A stretch of DNA of 64,000 bases from a virus. Lineage: Duplodnaviria > Heunggongvirae > Uroviricota > Caudoviricetes. The notes under the pieces were generated by a model. The model was given only the letters and a program-made list of their open reading frames with translations. It was not told the DNA's origin and searched no databases. The stretch's first letter is position 1; each line of letters opens with the position of its first letter. Where the stretch lies: IMG/VR virus record IMGVR_UViG_3300025072_002801, one strand, 5' to 3'. A program made the translations under genes and the position numbers. Shown one piece after another: positions 62,543-64,000 of the stretch.

Positions 62543-63220
62543 ATGCTTTTACGCCCCGCAGAAGTTAAGCAGTATTATAAATTGTCGCACACCACTTTGT
62601 TTGAGTTGGAGAACCAAGGCATTCTTAAGCCTGTGAAGACCGCAGGCGGGCATAGACGCTACCGCAAGGATGAGATAGAGGAGTTGCTGAAGATGAATCC
62701 AGAAGACAGCATTGGTTATCACATGCAAATTTACTTCGACAACTTTCAGACAATGCCTCGCACAATCGAGATCGTTGGACATACGAAACCGGAGCCTGAT
62801 TTTGATAGGGTTTGGTGGGGAACAGATGGTCCGCCTCCAGAATATGATGAAGATAAAATGCCAATGCTGGACTTGGGGAAATATTATCGTGTGGATCACG
62901 AACGAACCGATACAGGCTGGAATATTAAAGGGCATCCTCGCATTCGCACAATGGTAGCTTCACGTCCTCCAAGGAAAGTTGTCCTACAAGGAGAGGAAGA
63001 CACTGGCATAAGGATGAGTGAAAAGAAGTTGTGCAAATTTTTTCGAAAAGATGACAACTCTATTCAACTCACCATGTTCGATCTCATGGAGTATCTTGGT
63101 CTTGATGAAAAAAAATGGTCGGATGAATTGCCATGTTTCTTTACTTCTATGGATGCTAAACGCCAGTCAGATGTGATAGATATGCAGCCAGTTTTGTATG
63201 AATTGATGGAGGCACGTTGA
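62543..63220 (+). CDS. MerR/excisionase-type HTH DNA-binding protein with an unknown C-terminal domain
   Basis: GGAGG RBS; 'LRPAEV...GILKPVKTAGGHRRY'. Confidence 0.72.
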   Translation: MLLRPAEVKQYYKLSHTTLFELENQGILKPVKTAGGHRRYRKDEIEELLKMNPEDSIGYHMQIYFDNFQTMPRTIEIVGHTKPEPDFDRVWWGTDGPPPEYDEDKMPMLDLGKYYRVDHERTDTGWNIKGHPRIRTMVASRPPRKVVLQGEEDTGIRMSEKKLCKFFRKDDNSIQLTMFDLMEYLGLDEKKWSDELPCFFTSMDAKRQSDVIDMQPVLYELMEAR

Positions 63221-63321
63221 ATGATGGAAGAACTTGTAGTTACGCCGAAGAAAACTTTTTTGTATGAATTGATGGAGGTACGTTAAATGACAGAAGAACT
63301 TATAATTACCGAAGAAAACTT
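63192..63321 (+). repeat. Diverged tandem duplication (period about 66 nt) of a gene junction
   Basis: TTTTGTATGAATTGATGGAGGYACGTTRAATGA..GAAGAACTT...GAAGAAAACTTT twice; creates the 21-aa mini-ORF 63221-63286. Confidence 0.8.
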
Positions 63322-63820
63322 TGAAGAGTATTTCTTTGATGTAAGAAGAAATAAAATAAAGCCTGGACAGGTCATGGCATCATATAAAGCTAAAGCCTCT
63401 TTCGTTAACACCCACATGAAATGGGATATTATCGACCTTTTGAAGAAAGACAAGGCGGTTGCCGCATGTAGCGTAATGAAAAACTTCCACGGTGCCGTAT
63501 TTCTGGATTCAGTTCGTGTGCCTAAAGAGATGGTGAAAGATTTAATTTCTGGCATGAGCGAGTCAGAAGTTGCTGATAAGGATTACGAGATGACGGTTGA
63601 ATATTTCTATTACACAGACAGAGAGAACATACCAGATGATCCACATTGGTCCTGTATTAGTGTAAGAAATTTAAATGAATTTGTTACAACAATGGATGAC
63701 GGAAGTATGATTAAGTCAAAAATCGTTATCCCAGAAGGCTTTGAATGGCCAGAAGATGAGGAATTTGATGAAGGTCTTAAAAAGATCGTGACTCAAGAGG
63801 ACTGTGAGGATAGAGATTAA
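63287..63820 (+). CDS. Acidic hypothetical protein
   Basis: GGAGG RBS; ORF. Confidence 0.7.
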   Translation: MTEELIITEENFEEYFFDVRRNKIKPGQVMASYKAKASFVNTHMKWDIIDLLKKDKAVAACSVMKNFHGAVFLDSVRVPKEMVKDLISGMSESEVADKDYEMTVEYFYYTDRENIPDDPHWSCISVRNLNEFVTTMDDGSMIKSKIVIPEGFEWPEDEEFDEGLKKIVTQEDCEDRD

Positions 63821-64000
63821 AAACACAGTAAAAGACTCGCCTATAGCTAAGCAATGGCATCCACAAAAAAATGGAAAATTAAAGCCAATAGATTTTACTT
63901 GCGGAAGCAATAAGAAAGTGTGGTGGAAATGCAATGTTAGAGATGACCATGAATGGGAGGCTTCTATTTTCAATCGAATTAATGGCAGTGGTTGTCCTTG
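63804..64000 (+). CDS. Zinc-ribbon/treble-clef repeat protein (DUF4379-like), truncated by the window end
   Basis: GTG start; 'IAKQWHPQKNGKLKPIDFTCGSNKKVWWKC...HEWEASIFNRINGSGCP'. Confidence 0.75.
   Translation, partial: MRIEIKNTVKDSPIAKQWHPQKNGKLKPIDFTCGSNKKVWWKCNVRDDHEWEASIFNRINGSGCP

Noticed and set aside
62543-63220. IS607-family transposon
   Set aside because: Only the HTH resembles TnpA; there is no serine-recombinase catalytic domain and no tnpB.
1492-63973. Numerous 60-180 aa ORFs antisense or out of frame to confident genes
   Set aside because: They are fully nested in well-supported CDSs, lack an RBS and have no recognisable motifs.
1-64000. Stop-codon reassignment, as seen in some huge phages
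   Set aside because: Conserved genes are full length under code 11 and end in TAA, TAG and TGA at the expected positions.

Overview
A gene-dense, AT-rich 64-kb segment of a very large T4-related ('huge/jumbo') tailed phage, read with the standard genetic code. T4-type markers are a gp32-like SSB, UvsX/RecA, a gp1-like dNMP kinase, a gp4-like head-completion nuclease and fragments of the gp23-type major capsid protein. Replication instead uses a bacterial family-C polymerase (DnaE) encoded as two genes about 14 kb apart, with a group I intron and a mini-intein in the N-terminal half. Auxiliary genes include guaC, a PduO-type cobalamin adenosyltransferase, thyA, folA, hldE, yhaM, three glycosyltransferases (one with an intein), a prkA-yeaH-spoVR operon followed by clpP, a PspC-domain protein and a tmRNA. 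Two patterns go beyond the annotation. First, about a dozen unrelated proteins begin with a T4 capsid-targeting-like peptide (aromatic-x-x-aromatic-aliphatic-x-E), many downstream of a TAAATA late-promoter-like box placed to give leaderless mRNAs. Second, a tandem array of about 12 small paralogous ORFs (54.1-57.8 kb) repeats a similar W-x-x-Y-[ILMV]-x-E motif internally, and three of them are fused to isolated major-capsid fragments, one matching the T4 Gol peptide region. This array is the best candidate for an undescribed capsid-mimic or decoy system. All family assignments come from motif recognition by eye; no database searches were run.
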